A stretch of 64,000 bases of DNA from an uncultured bacterium (lineage in GTDB: Bacteria > Verrucomicrobiota > Verrucomicrobiia > Limisphaerales > UBA8199): positions 64,001 through 128,000 of the forward strand of contig CAVVMW010000015.1 of assembly GCA_963749495.1 (NCBI GenBank), in the 5' to 3' direction. A program made the translations under genes and the position numbers. The notes below the pieces were generated by a model. The model searched no databases. It had not been told where the DNA came from and saw only the letters and a program-made list of their open reading frames with translations. Below are positions 21,234-31,200 of the stretch, piece after piece. How positions within the stretch are numbered: position 1 is the first letter of the stretch; every line of letters begins with the position of its first letter.

Positions 21234-22427
21234 ATGATTCACACCTCCTCCTTTCCTTGGCTCCAAATTCTCTTCCCAGGCCTGGGCCTGGCTTTGCTGG
21301 CCGGGTGCGCCTCGGGTCCGCAGGCCGGCACAGCCGGCGTGGACCGGCAGTCCGCCGGCGCGGAGCGGCGCCCGGCCGTCGTGGAGCGGCATCCCTTCGG
21401 CCAGACCCGGGACGGCACGCCCGTGGACCTCTACACCCTTCGCAACCACAAGGGCGCCGAGGCGCGGATTGCCAGTTATGGCGGCCTGCTCATCTCGCTG
21501 AAGATGCCCGACCGCGACGGTCGCTTGGGCGACGTGGTGCTGGGCTACGACGACCTTGCGGATTACATCAAGGACAGCCCCTATTTTGGGGCGCTGGTCG
21601 GGCGCTACGGCAATCGCATCGCCAAGGGCAAATTCATCCTCAACGGCCAGCAATATACCCTGGCCACCAACAACTATCCCAATGCCCTCCACGGCGGCCT
21701 CAAGGGCTTCGACAAAGTTCTCTGGGACGCCAAGGTCCAGGCCACGCCCGAGGGGCCCGCTCTCAAACTGGATTATGTCAGCAAGGACGGCGAAGAAGGA
21801 TACCCCGGCACCCTCACCGTCAGCGCCCTCTATACCCTGACCGAGGACAATGCCCTCCGGCTCGAGTTCACCGCCACGACCGACAAGGACACCGTCCTGA
21901 ACCTGACCCACCACTCCTACTTCAACCTGGCCGGCCAGGGCGACATCCTCAATCACCAGGTCATGATTGCCGCCAGCCGCTTCACGCCCGTGGACAGCAC
22001 GCTCATACCCACGGGCCAGCTCCTCCCGGTCCAGGGCACCCCGTTTGATTTCCGCCAGCCCACGGCCATCGGCGCCCGCATCGGCCAGGATAACGAGCAA
22101 CTCAAATTCGGCGGCGGTTATGACCACAACTGGGTAATCGACAAGCCCCTGGGCCAACTCGGCCTTATGGCCCGCGTCTTCGAGCCCACGACCGGGCGCG
22201 TCATGGAAGTCCTCTCGACCGAGCCCGGCCTCCAGTTCTACTCCGGCAATTTCCTCAACGGCTCCAACAAGGGCAAGGGCGGCTGGGTTTACCAGTTCCG
22301 CAACGGCTTCACCATGGAACCTCAGCATTACCCGGATTCCCCCAACAAGCCGAATTTCCCCTCCGTGGTCCTCAAACCCGGCCAGACATTCCATAACGTG
22401 ATCATCTATCGCTTCTCCACCCAGTAA
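21234..22427 (+). CDS. galM: Aldose 1-epimerase, predicted lipoprotein
   Basis: Lipobox LLAGC; GRYGNRI, LHGG, NLTHHSYFNL, GYDHN and EPQHYPDSPN motifs. Confidence 0.93.
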   Translation: MIHTSSFPWLQILFPGLGLALLAGCASGPQAGTAGVDRQSAGAERRPAVVERHPFGQTRDGTPVDLYTLRNHKGAEARIASYGGLLISLKMPDRDGRLGDVVLGYDDLADYIKDSPYFGALVGRYGNRIAKGKFILNGQQYTLATNNYPNALHGGLKGFDKVLWDAKVQATPEGPALKLDYVSKDGEEGYPGTLTVSALYTLTEDNALRLEFTATTDKDTVLNLTHHSYFNLAGQGDILNHQVMIAASRFTPVDSTLIPTGQLLPVQGTPFDFRQPTAIGARIGQDNEQLKFGGGYDHNWVIDKPLGQLGLMARVFEPTTGRVMEVLSTEPGLQFYSGNFLNGSNKGKGGWVYQFRNGFTMEPQHYPDSPNKPNFPSVVLKPGQTFHNVIIYRFSTQ

Positions 22428-22459
22428 CGCCCGGTGGAGGCAGGACTATGGAGGCCAAA

Positions 22460-22638
22460 AGGACAGAGGCCGGAAGGACAGAGGCCGGAGGACAGAGGCC
22501 GGAAGGCGGATGGCAGAGTCATTGTTGGCAGAATCATTGCACGTGTCCCTCGTCCCTCGACCCTCGTTCCGCGACCCTCGTCCCCCCGGCCCCTCGCCCC
22601 TCGCCCCTCGACCCTCGACCCTCGACCCTCGACCCTCG
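22460..22638. repeat. Short tandem repeats (GGACAGAGGCCGGA)x3 and (CCCTCGA/C)n
   Basis: Directly visible. The CCCTCGA-type heptamer recurs at about 13443-13490 and 28234-28258. Confidence 0.8.
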
Positions 22639-22651
22639 TTTACACTCCCGA

Positions 22652-24910
22652 ATGAATAACCTGACTCCCCTTCTGGCGGCGGCGCAGCCCGCCTGCCCGA
22701 CCCTGACGGGTCTGGACTGGCTGGCCATTGCGCTCTACTTCAGCGTCTTGCTCTGCGTGGCCTGGTGGGTGGTGCGGCGGCGCAAAGACACCGCTGCGGA
22801 TTACTTCCTGGCGGGGCGCAACCTGAGCTGGTGGATAATCGGGGCGTCGATCTTTGCCTCGAACATCGGTTCGGAGCACATCGTGGGGCTGGCCGGGTCC
22901 GGCGCCGCCGATGGCGTGGCGATGGCGCACTACGAGTTGCACGCGTGGTGCCTGTTGGTGCTGGCGTGGGTGTTCGTGCCGTTTTATGCCCGCTCGCTGG
23001 TCTTCACGATGCCGGAGTTTCTCGAGCGCCGTTTCTCCACCAAATCGAGATATGTGCTCTCGATTGTCTCGCTGATCACGTTCGTGGTCTCGAAGATCGC
23101 GGTCGGCATTTTCGCCGGCGGCGTCGTCTTCTCCGTGCTCTTGCCGGATATTCACCTGGACGTGGCCGGGTATGCGGTTGACAGCTTTTGGCTTGGCTCG
23201 ATAGCGGTCATCGTGCTCACGGGGCTCTACACTGCCCTCGGAGGCATGAGGGCGGTGGCCTACAACGACGCGGTCCAGGTGCTCGTGCTGATCTGCGGCT
23301 CGGCGCTGCTGACGGTCTATGGTTTGATCAAGCTGGGCGGGTGGGGCCACTTGCGCCACCTCTGCGGGTCGGACATGTTCAACCTCTGGAAACCGCTCAT
23401 CCCGGCGGGCGTCCAGTCCACCTGGTCGCCGGTCCTGGAAACCGCCGCCGACGGCCACGTCGTTAGGCAGGCCTGGTACTTCAACGGGTATTACCCCTGG
23501 CTGGGCATGCTCTTCTGTGCGCCCATCATCGGCCTCTGGTACTGGTGTACCGACCAATACATCGTCCAGCGCGCCCTGGGCGCGCCCAACGAACAGACCG
23601 CCCGCCGCGGCAGCATCTTTGCCGGGTTCCTCAAGCTCTTTCCCGTGTACCTCTTCATCATCCCGGGCCTGATCTGTTTCGCGTTGGCAAAGAGCTACAG
23701 CGTCCCCGGCCTGGCCGGCGGCTATACATTCCTGGAAGAGCACATTCGCCCGGAAGGGCTGCCTTCGTTCACTGAGAAGCTCAAACAACAGAAGGACCCG
23801 GTCTCACAATGGGTCTGGAGCCAGCTCTCTGCCGAAACCCGCCGGCTGGTCTCGGACTATACTACCAATTCGCGCCCCGCCAACTTGCAGAGGGCCCTGG
23901 CGGCGGACCTGACCAAGTCCGTCGAGGAGGGTTCGATCTATGACACGCAGCGGTTCGCCGGCGTGACCTTGTCCGCTGAAACCAAGCAGGTGCAAGGGTT
24001 GCTGGCGGAAGAGCAGGGGCAATTGCCCGCCATCACGGACCCCGGGAAGGCCCAGAAGGCCGGGAGCCAGACGCAGTTCCTCACCCGGCGCCTGAACCGG
24101 TTGCTCATCGAGGATGCATATCCCGATGAGATCGAGATCGACCGGTTGGTGGCGCGCGATGGGAAGGGCAACGGCAAAGCCAGCCAGGGCGCCTTTCCGC
24201 TGATGGTCAAGCACCTCTTGCCCCCGGGCCTGCGCGGCATCGTGGTCGCCGGCCTGCTCTCGGCGCTGATGGGGTCGCTGGCGGGCGTGTTCAACGCCTG
24301 CTCGACCCTTTTCACCGTGGACCTCTACTCGAAATGGAAACCGGCCGCGACCCAGCACCAGATCGTGCGCACCGGCCGCATCGCCACTATCACCATGGTG
24401 ATTATTGCCCTGCTCTGGATACCGGTCGTGCAAGGCGCCCACAGCCTCTACAACTACCTCCAGGCCGTCCAAGGCTACCTGGCTCCGCCCATCTTCGTGG
24501 TCTTTTTCTTCGGCGTCTTCTGGAAACGCCTCAACGCCCAGGGCTGTCTCTGGGCCATGATCGTCGGCTTCGCCCTCGGCCTGTTCCGCATGTTGGTCGA
24601 TACGCCCGTGACTCTGGGCCTCAAGGGGTTCGAGAATGGCTACGCCCAAGGCTCGTTCCTTTGGGTCGTCAACCACATTTACTTCCAGTACTTCAGCGTG
24701 TTCATCACCATCGTCTCGGCCGTGGTGATGGTGGCGGTGAGCTATGCCACCCGGGAGCCGGACTACAACGCCATCAAGAGCCTCACCTTCGGCACCGCCA
24801 CCGCGGAAGACCGCACCCGCACCCGCGCCAGTTGGGACCTGCGCGAGGTGCTCGCCTCCGGCCTGGTCCTGGCGGTGATCCTTGCGGGATACCTCTACTT
24901 CCGGGGTTAA
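22652..24910 (+). CDS. Sodium:solute (sugar) symporter with a large inserted loop
   Basis: DYFLAGR, FASNIGSEH, YWCTDQYIVQR, SLAGVFNACSTLFTVD and YLQAVQGYLAPP motifs. Confidence 0.93.
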   Translation: MNNLTPLLAAAQPACPTLTGLDWLAIALYFSVLLCVAWWVVRRRKDTAADYFLAGRNLSWWIIGASIFASNIGSEHIVGLAGSGAADGVAMAHYELHAWCLLVLAWVFVPFYARSLVFTMPEFLERRFSTKSRYVLSIVSLITFVVSKIAVGIFAGGVVFSVLLPDIHLDVAGYAVDSFWLGSIAVIVLTGLYTALGGMRAVAYNDAVQVLVLICGSALLTVYGLIKLGGWGHLRHLCGSDMFNLWKPLIPAGVQSTWSPVLETAADGHVVRQAWYFNGYYPWLGMLFCAPIIGLWYWCTDQYIVQRALGAPNEQTARRGSIFAGFLKLFPVYLFIIPGLICFALAKSYSVPGLAGGYTFLEEHIRPEGLPSFTEKLKQQKDPVSQWVWSQLSAETRRLVSDYTTNSRPANLQRALAADLTKSVEEGSIYDTQRFAGVTLSAETKQVQGLLAEEQGQLPAITDPGKAQKAGSQTQFLTRRLNRLLIEDAYPDEIEIDRLVARDGKGNGKASQGAFPLMVKHLLPPGLRGIVVAGLLSALMGSLAGVFNACSTLFTVDLYSKWKPAATQHQIVRTGRIATITMVIIALLWIPVVQGAHSLYNYLQAVQGYLAPPIFVVFFFGVFWKRLNAQGCLWAMIVGFALGLFRMLVDTPVTLGLKGFENGYAQGSFLWVVNHIYFQYFSVFITIVSAVVMVAVSYATREPDYNAIKSLTFGTATAEDRTRTRASWDLREVLASGLVLAVILAGYLYFRG

Positions 24911-24921
24911 ATCGGAACGCC

Positions 24922-25065
24922 ACTGTTCAGGTGGGGACGTGTGGGGCAGACCTCCGGTCTGCCGCTTGCAGGGGCCTCTGGCCCCGAGCCCCGCAGATGC
25001 AAGGGACACGGAGCCGGAGGCTCCGTGAACCGGCAGACCAGAGGTCTGCCCCACACCTGAACAGT
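24922..25065. mobile_element. 144-bp MITE-like element, family B
   Basis: Perfect 12-bp terminal inverted repeat ACTGTTCAGGTG/CACCTGAACAGT with internal GGCAGACC..GGTCTGCC hairpins. Near-identical copy at 49665. Confidence 0.85.
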
Positions 25066-25134
25066 TACATCGGAACCACCGACGCTGGTGGTTTGATTTA
25101 GGGCCGCTTCTTTTTCGTTTTCACTCGTTACGGG

Positions 25135-25162
25135 TTGACAATCGCCCCTGGAAACGTACCCT
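25135..25162 (+). promoter_or_regulatory. Sigma70-like promoter of rpsU
   Basis: TTGACA-N16-TACCCT. Confidence 0.55.
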
Positions 25163-25240
25163 TTGCTGCCTGGCCAAAGGGGAAGGGCGGCCATGAAGGC
25201 CGTTTCCTCCCAAGGCTCTCGGAGAGGAAGTGAGAGAGTA

Positions 25241-25438
25241 TTGACGGAGATTAAGCTCAAGAAAGGCGAGTCAGTGGAGAAGGCCCTGCGGCGGTTGAAA
25301 AAGAAGATCGACCGGGAAGGGACACTGAAGGTTGTGCGCAACCACCGGCATTTTGAGAAGCCGAGCGAGCGCCGCCGGCGCAAGGAAAAGGCGGCGCGAT
25401 TCTCGGCAATGCTGAGCGCGCGCTACGCGGACATGTAA
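25241..25438 (+). CDS. rpsU: 30S ribosomal protein S21
   Basis: TTG start; KGESVEKALRRLKKKIDREG...HFEKPSERRRRK. Confidence 0.95.
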   Translation: MTEIKLKKGESVEKALRRLKKKIDREGTLKVVRNHRHFEKPSERRRRKEKAARFSAMLSARYADM

Positions 25439-25541
25439 GGCAAGTCGTTGGATCTGCGGCCGGGCGGGCATTGCCGCCCGGCCGGCCTGCTGCGCAGGCT
25501 GGAGCATTGGAGAGATGTCGGAATGCTCCAGGGTGTTGTTT

Positions 25542-26455
25542 ATGTACTCGCTTTCCACCTGTTGGAATTGCCATCGGCACACGGATGGACGCGCCATGCT
25601 GCGCGAGATCCGGGAGTTGGGTTTTGAATATGCCGAGTTGAGCCACGGCACGCGCATCAGCCTGCTGCCGGGCATCCTGGAGGCGGTCGAGGCCGGAGAA
25701 ATTCGGATCTCCAGCCTGCACAACTTTTGTCCCCTGCCCATTGGGGTGACCCATGCCGCCCCCAATATCTACCAGTTCTCCGCCGAGCGCCCGCGCGAAC
25801 GCGAGATGGCCCTGCGCTATACGCTCAAGACCCTCGACTTTGCCCAGCGCGTCAAGGCCCCCGCCGTCGTTCTGCACTTGGGAAGCATCGAGATGAAAAA
25901 CTTCACCGACAAGCTCCTGGACATGCTCCAACGCGGTGGACGCGAAAGCCCCAAATACGCCAAGCTCTCCACCGAAGTGGCCGAAGGCTCGAGGCCCTCA
26001 AGGAACCTTACGTCGAGCGGACCAAGGACCTGCTGCGCAAGCTCCTGCCCGAGGCGGAGTCGCGCGGCCTCAAGCTGGGCGCCGAGAACCGCCAGGCCCT
26101 CGAAGAATTGCCGCTGGAGGCCGATTTCCAGTTCCTCTTCCGCGACCTGCCCAGCCCCAGCCTCGGCTACTGGCACGATACCGGTCACGCCGAGATCAAG
26201 CAGCACCTGGGCTTCATTCACCACGCGATGCACCTGGAGTCGCTCCGCGACCGCCTGGTCGGTTTCCACATCCACAACGTCCAGTTCCCCGGCCGCGACC
26301 ACTATGCCCCGGGCGCCGGCACCGTGGATTTCGCCGCGCTCAAGCCCTTCGTCAGACCCGAGCACATCAAAGTCTTCGAGCTGGGTCCGGCCCTCAAGCC
26401 CGAGGAGGTCCTCAGCGGAATCCAGGTGATCAAGAAGGTCTGGGGGGAAGCGTAG
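25542..26455 (+). CDS. Sugar-phosphate isomerase/epimerase TIM-barrel protein (frameshift near 25983)
   Basis: SLSTCWN, ELSHG, SSLHNFCP in the first frame, then ENR, YWHDTGHA, HIHNV and VFEL in the -1 frame. Confidence 0.85.
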
Positions 26456-26460
26456 GACCT

Positions 26461-26928
26461 AAAAAGATACTGGACGCCTTGGGCGCCGGCGGGTCTTTCA
26501 CCGAGTACTACGCGCTGGACTGGAACGACGACGTGGTGCTCATGGGCCACGACGGGCCGGGGCACGTCAAGATCGCCCAGGGCAAGACCAAGGTGCGCCC
26601 GCTCAAGGTGTATCACGGCAAAGTGGGACGGGGTCTGTCCATCGAGATGTCGGTCCGGCACGGCCCGGTCACGTTGCTCTCCGTGGTCCAGACTGCCAAC
26701 GGGCGTTTGGAGTTGCTCGTGGCCGAAGGCGAGTCGGTGCCGGGTCCGATTTTGGAAATCGGCAATACCAATAGCCGTTACAGGTTCAGCCTCGGCGCGC
26801 GCGCCTTCGTCAACAACTGGAATCTCCACGGCCCGGCCCACCACTGCGCGGTGGGCGTCGGCCATATCGCCGGCAGAATCGACAAGCTCGGCAAGCTGCT
26901 CAACATGCCGGTGGCGCGCGTGTGTTAG
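26461..26928 (+). pseudogene. C-terminal fragment of an L-arabinose/L-fucose isomerase family protein
   Basis: KILDALGAGGSFTEYY...MGHDGPGH...YHGKVG...IGNTN...GPAHHCAVGVGH. No start codon or N-terminal domains; begins just after the previous stop. Confidence 0.8.
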
Positions 26929-26982
26929 GGGGCCTATCACCCGGTCGTCAGGCTGCCCTACGGTGTGTGGCCACCCACCATG

Positions 26983-27024
26983 CTCCCTCTCCCCATTAGA
27001 TGGGGAGAGGGCCGGGGTGAGGGG
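26983..27024. repeat. Family D palindrome
   Basis: CTCCCTCTCCCC..GGGGAGAGGGCCGGGGTGAGGGG between convergent genes. Confidence 0.85.
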
Positions 27025-27074
27025 TCGTCCCTGTGTAGTGCATCCCACGGACTGCTCAGTGTACTGGCGTAAGA

Positions 27075-27638
27075 TCAGTAAGGCACGGCTCCCAGGCGCA
27101 GCATTTCCTGCTCCGCCTCGCGGCCGTCCGCCGGGCGCGCGTTCACGGCGCGAATGGCCTCCTTCAGCAAAACCACCTTGAAACCCCTGCGCAGTCCGTC
27201 CTTCACCGTGCTCAGCACGCAGTAATCCGTGGCCAGGCCCCCCACGTAGATGCGCGCGACCGAATCCCGGCGCAGGCGCTCTTCCAGCGCGCTGCCTTCG
27301 AAACCCGAATAGGCCTCTTTGCCCGGCTCGGTCCCCTTGGATATGACAACGGCCGAGGCAGGAAGCTCGAGCGTGGCCGGGAACGCGGCGCCGTGCGTTT
27401 CCATCACGCAATGGGCCGGCCAGGGCCCGCCTTGGGCTGCAAAAGAACAATGGTTGGGCGGGTGCCAATCCCGGGTCGCGAAGATCGGCAGCCGCTCCGC
27501 TGCAAAACGGGCGATATAACTGTTGAGCACCGGGATGACCTCATCGCCCCCGGAAACCGCAAGCCGCCCTCCGGGCAGAAAATCATTCTGCACGTCCACC
27601 ACGACCAGGGCATCACCCGCCAATAATTTGGTTGTCAT
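27075..27638 (-). CDS. pncA: Nicotinamidase/pyrazinamidase
   Basis: VDVQNDF, TRDWHP.NHCSF, WPAHCV, ISKG and GLATDYCV motifs; GGAGG Shine-Dalgarno. Confidence 0.93.
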   Translation of the reverse strand: MTTKLLAGDALVVVDVQNDFLPGGRLAVSGGDEVIPVLNSYIARFAAERLPIFATRDWHPPNHCSFAAQGGPWPAHCVMETHGAAFPATLELPASAVVISKGTEPGKEAYSGFEGSALEERLRRDSVARIYVGGLATDYCVLSTVKDGLRRGFKVVLLKEAIRAVNARPADGREAEQEMLRLGAVPY

Positions 27639-27949
27639 CGCGCGATCCTCCGGGCGGCTCCAGCGCCCCACCCATATTACAATCTGGCCCAAGCCCCGGA
27701 AGTCAACAGGAACGTTTGCGAGGGGGCGCAATCGCACACCGCCCCTGTCAGCACTCCTGAACGGCCGGAGCGTGGACTTTAGTCCGCCTTGGAGGCCCAA
27801 TGTTCAGTAGGCCCGGCAAAGGCGTCGAAGTCCGCGCAAAGCGGGCCAAAGCCCACGCTCCGGGGGCAGTGTCCAAGTGCGCACTTGCGAGGCCAATCGG
27901 CTTCTTGCGCGTTGACGAACCACCGATGAGTTGTCAGATTCAGGCCCGT

Positions 27950-28054
27950 GGACGAGCCAACGACTTTGTTCATCATTACCGCCCGCTTGCGGACCGGTGG
28001 GAAGTGTATGAAAATTCGCACCGGGCACCCCGGCTATTGGAATCGGGACCATGA
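27950..28054 (+). pseudogene. 3' remnant resembling a zeta-toxin/AAA-type ATPase
   Basis: ...FVHHYRPLADRWEVYENSHRAPRLLESG resembles the C-terminus of that family. No P-loop upstream. ATGA overlap with the next ORF. Confidence 0.45.
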
Positions 28055-28209
28055 AGCAAACCAGAAAGACCAAACGGCCTGGACAGCGGCTCACGCCTGC
28101 CGGCCGCGCGTTACGCCGCGCCGCCCGGGTGGCCCGCAAGATCGCCCGCGCTCACGGCACGCCTGTCTATTACTGGCGCGACGGCAAGGTCGTGGCCGAA
28201 AAGCCGTGA
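28051..28209 (+). CDS. 52-aa basic protein (typical partner of zeta/AAA ATPases)
   Basis: Below the ORF-track cutoff: MKQTRKTKRPGQRLTPAGRALRRAARVARKIARAHGTPVYYWRDGKVVAEKP. Confidence 0.65.
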   Translation: MKQTRKTKRPGQRLTPAGRALRRAARVARKIARAHGTPVYYWRDGKVVAEKP

Positions 28210-28286
28210 CCCGGCGCTGAGCCGCTCCCCGCCTCTCGACACTCGGCACTCGACACTCCTGTCTGGATGGTCTATCCAGAATCCCT

Positions 28287-31200
28287 GTGCAACGACTCTT
28301 GCCGCTTCTGCTGACGGTGGCGCTGCTGGGCGCGCCAGCCGCGGGCACGCCCGTCATCTACTGCACCGATCTGTTCCATCCGCACGACGACCCGGACGAT
28401 CACTTCGACCTGGCCACGCTGGCTGCGCTGCCTGAACTGGAGGTCAAGGCCATCCTCCTGGACCAGGGCGACAAACAATTGAAACGGCCCGGCTCGATCC
28501 CCCTCCGGCAGATGATGCGCCTGACCGGGCGCCAGACGCCCTTTGCCATCGGGCTTGCGCAGAGACTGGCCTCCCCGGCGGACGACGGGCGGGCCCAGCC
28601 CGCCGAGTTCCAGGGGGCTGTCGAGCTGCTGCTCAAGACACTGAGGGAATCCCCCGAGCCGGTCACGATCATCACGGCCGGCAGCGTGCGGGACCTCTGT
28701 GCGGCTTGGAACCGCGAGCCCGCGCTGTTCCAACAGAAGGTCGGACGGCTTTACCTGAACATCGGCAATGCCGACAGCAGCCAGAGCGAGTACAACGTGG
28801 ACCTCGACCCCCGGGCCTATATCGGGGTGCTGCGCTCGGGGCTGCCGATCTATCTCTGCCTTTGCCTGCCGATGCAGCCCCAGGGTACGAATGCCGCCTT
28901 CAGCACCTGGTGGAAGTTCCGCCAGTCCGAGGTGCTCGACTCTGCGCCTGCCGGGCTGCAGCGCTATTTCATCTACGCCCTGCAACGTTGCGCCCCCGAG
29001 GAACTGGATCCCCTCAAAGCCCTCGAAGCCGACTTGCGCCCCTGGCGGCGGCTGGTCTGGGAGATGGACCGCAACATGTGGTGCACCGCGTCTCTGCTGC
29101 ACGCCGCCGGACGGACCGTCTGCAGGGTCAATGGCGCCTGGACCGCCTCCCGGCAGCCGCCATCCGAGGCCCGGGCCGAGCCGGTTTTCACGTTCGTCCC
29201 GGCTCGAATCGAGGTCAACCAATCGGGGCGGACCAGCCTGCTGCCGGATGCCGCCGACCCGAACAACAACCTCCGGCTTTTCAAAGTGCTCTCGCCCGAG
29301 AACTATCCTCGTGCCATGCGCGAGTGCCTGCGCGAATTGTTCCGAGGCGCTGCCGCCGGGCCGCTGCTGACTCATACGGATGTCTTCTCCTCCGGCAAGG
29401 ATGGCTACCACACGTATCGCATCCCGGCCGTCGAGGCGGCGCCAGACGGCTCGCTGATTGCCTTCGCCGAGGCCCGGAAATACAGCGCGGAGGACCCGGG
29501 CTTCGGCAAGCAGGACATCGACCTGGTCTATAAGCGCAGCACGGACAACGGCGTGAGCTGGTCTCCGATGACGGTCCTGGAAGATCCGGGCGAATTCTGG
29601 TCAGCCGCCAACCCGGCGACCGTGGTGGACCGGTCCAATGGCCGGTTGTGGGTCTTCTATTTGAGGTCGCGGCCCCAACGGAGCACCGAGACCGCCCGGC
29701 CCGGGACCGATGATGTGCAAACCCTGGCCCGATGGAGCGACGACAACGGCTGCACATGGTCCGAGCCGCTGGATTTGACTGCCACCGGGCGCGACATGCA
29801 GGATGGCACCTGGCGGGCGAGCGTGCCCGGCCCGGGCGGCGCCATCCAGGACCGCAACGGGCGCCTCATCGTCCCGATGTGGCGGATGCCCTTCGCCACG
29901 TTTGTCATCTATTCCGACGACCATGGGAGCCATTGGCAGCGGGGCCAGCTTGTGCCGGGAGATCAGGGCGGCGACGAATGCCAGGTGGTCGAGTTGGCCG
30001 ATGGCCGCATTCTCATGGACATCCGCCAGGAACATGGCCCAAACCGCTGGCTGGCCCAGAGCACCGACGGCGGAAAGACCTGGGCCGACGGGCGCCCAGG
30101 CCAGGGGGTGACGCCGGTGGCCTGCGCCATCGAGCGATTCACCCTCCTGGGCCCCGGCGATGACCGCAACCGCCTGCTCTGGACCGGACCCAGAGGCCCG
30201 GACCGCCGCCGCCTGGTCATCCGCGTCAGTTACGATGAGGGCAGGACCTTCACGCTCGAGCGGTTGGTCTCGCACGATTATGCGGCCTACTCTGACCTGA
30301 CCATCCTCAAGGACAAGACCGTGGGCATCCTGTGGGAACGCGGCACAGACCGCGGCTACCAGCACATCACGTTTACGCGGCTGAACCGGGAGTGGCTCGA
30401 AGAAACCCCCGCAGCGGCTTCGCCGCCGTCATCCAGTCCCCACCTCATCATTTCCCGGGGCCAATCCGCGGGGACTTACCAGGCCTTTCCCGATGTGTGC
30501 CGCCTGACAAACGGCGACCTGCTCTGTGTCTTCTATGGCGGCTACGGCCATGTCTCCTTGCCTCGAGACGACTGGCCCAGGGGCGGGCGGATTTGCTGCG
30601 TGCAGTCCAGGGACGAAGGCCGCACCTGGAGCGCCCCGCGCCTGCTCTACGACGGCCCATTCGACGACCGCGACCCCCACATCGCGCAGATGCGCGACGG
30701 CGCCCTCTGGTGCAGCTTCTTCACCTATCGCCCTCAACCTGACGGAAAGGCGCTCTGCGACACCTGCCTGGTGGGCTCTCGCGACGGCGGGCAAACCTGG
30801 GACACTGAGCCGCAGGTGGCCGCCTCCGGTTGGCCCAGTTCCGCCCCGGTGCGCGAACTGCCCGACGGCACGCGCATCCTGGGGGTGTACACCGAGGACG
30901 GCCCCACCGCTTACGGCGGCGTGGTCCGCTCGACCGACGCCGGAAAGACCTGGTCCGCGCCCATCCCCATCGGCAAGGACAGCGGCGTGCGCCTGGATGC
31001 CGAAACCAACTTCGTCCTGCTCAAGGACGGCACCCTCTACGCCGCCCTGCGCGGGGACCGCGTGAACATGCACTTCGCCACCAGCCCCGACGCCGGCCTG
31101 ACGTGGTCCCCGGTGAAGGACATCGGCTTCCCGGGGCACTGCCCGCATTTCACCCGCCTGAGCACCGGCGAGATCCTCCTGAGCCATCGCCTGCCTCTCA

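Noticed and set aside
25936..26460. 330-aa ORF as an intact isomerase
   Set aside because: Its first ~175 codons are an alternative frame of the TIM-barrel gene with no isomerase-like sequence.
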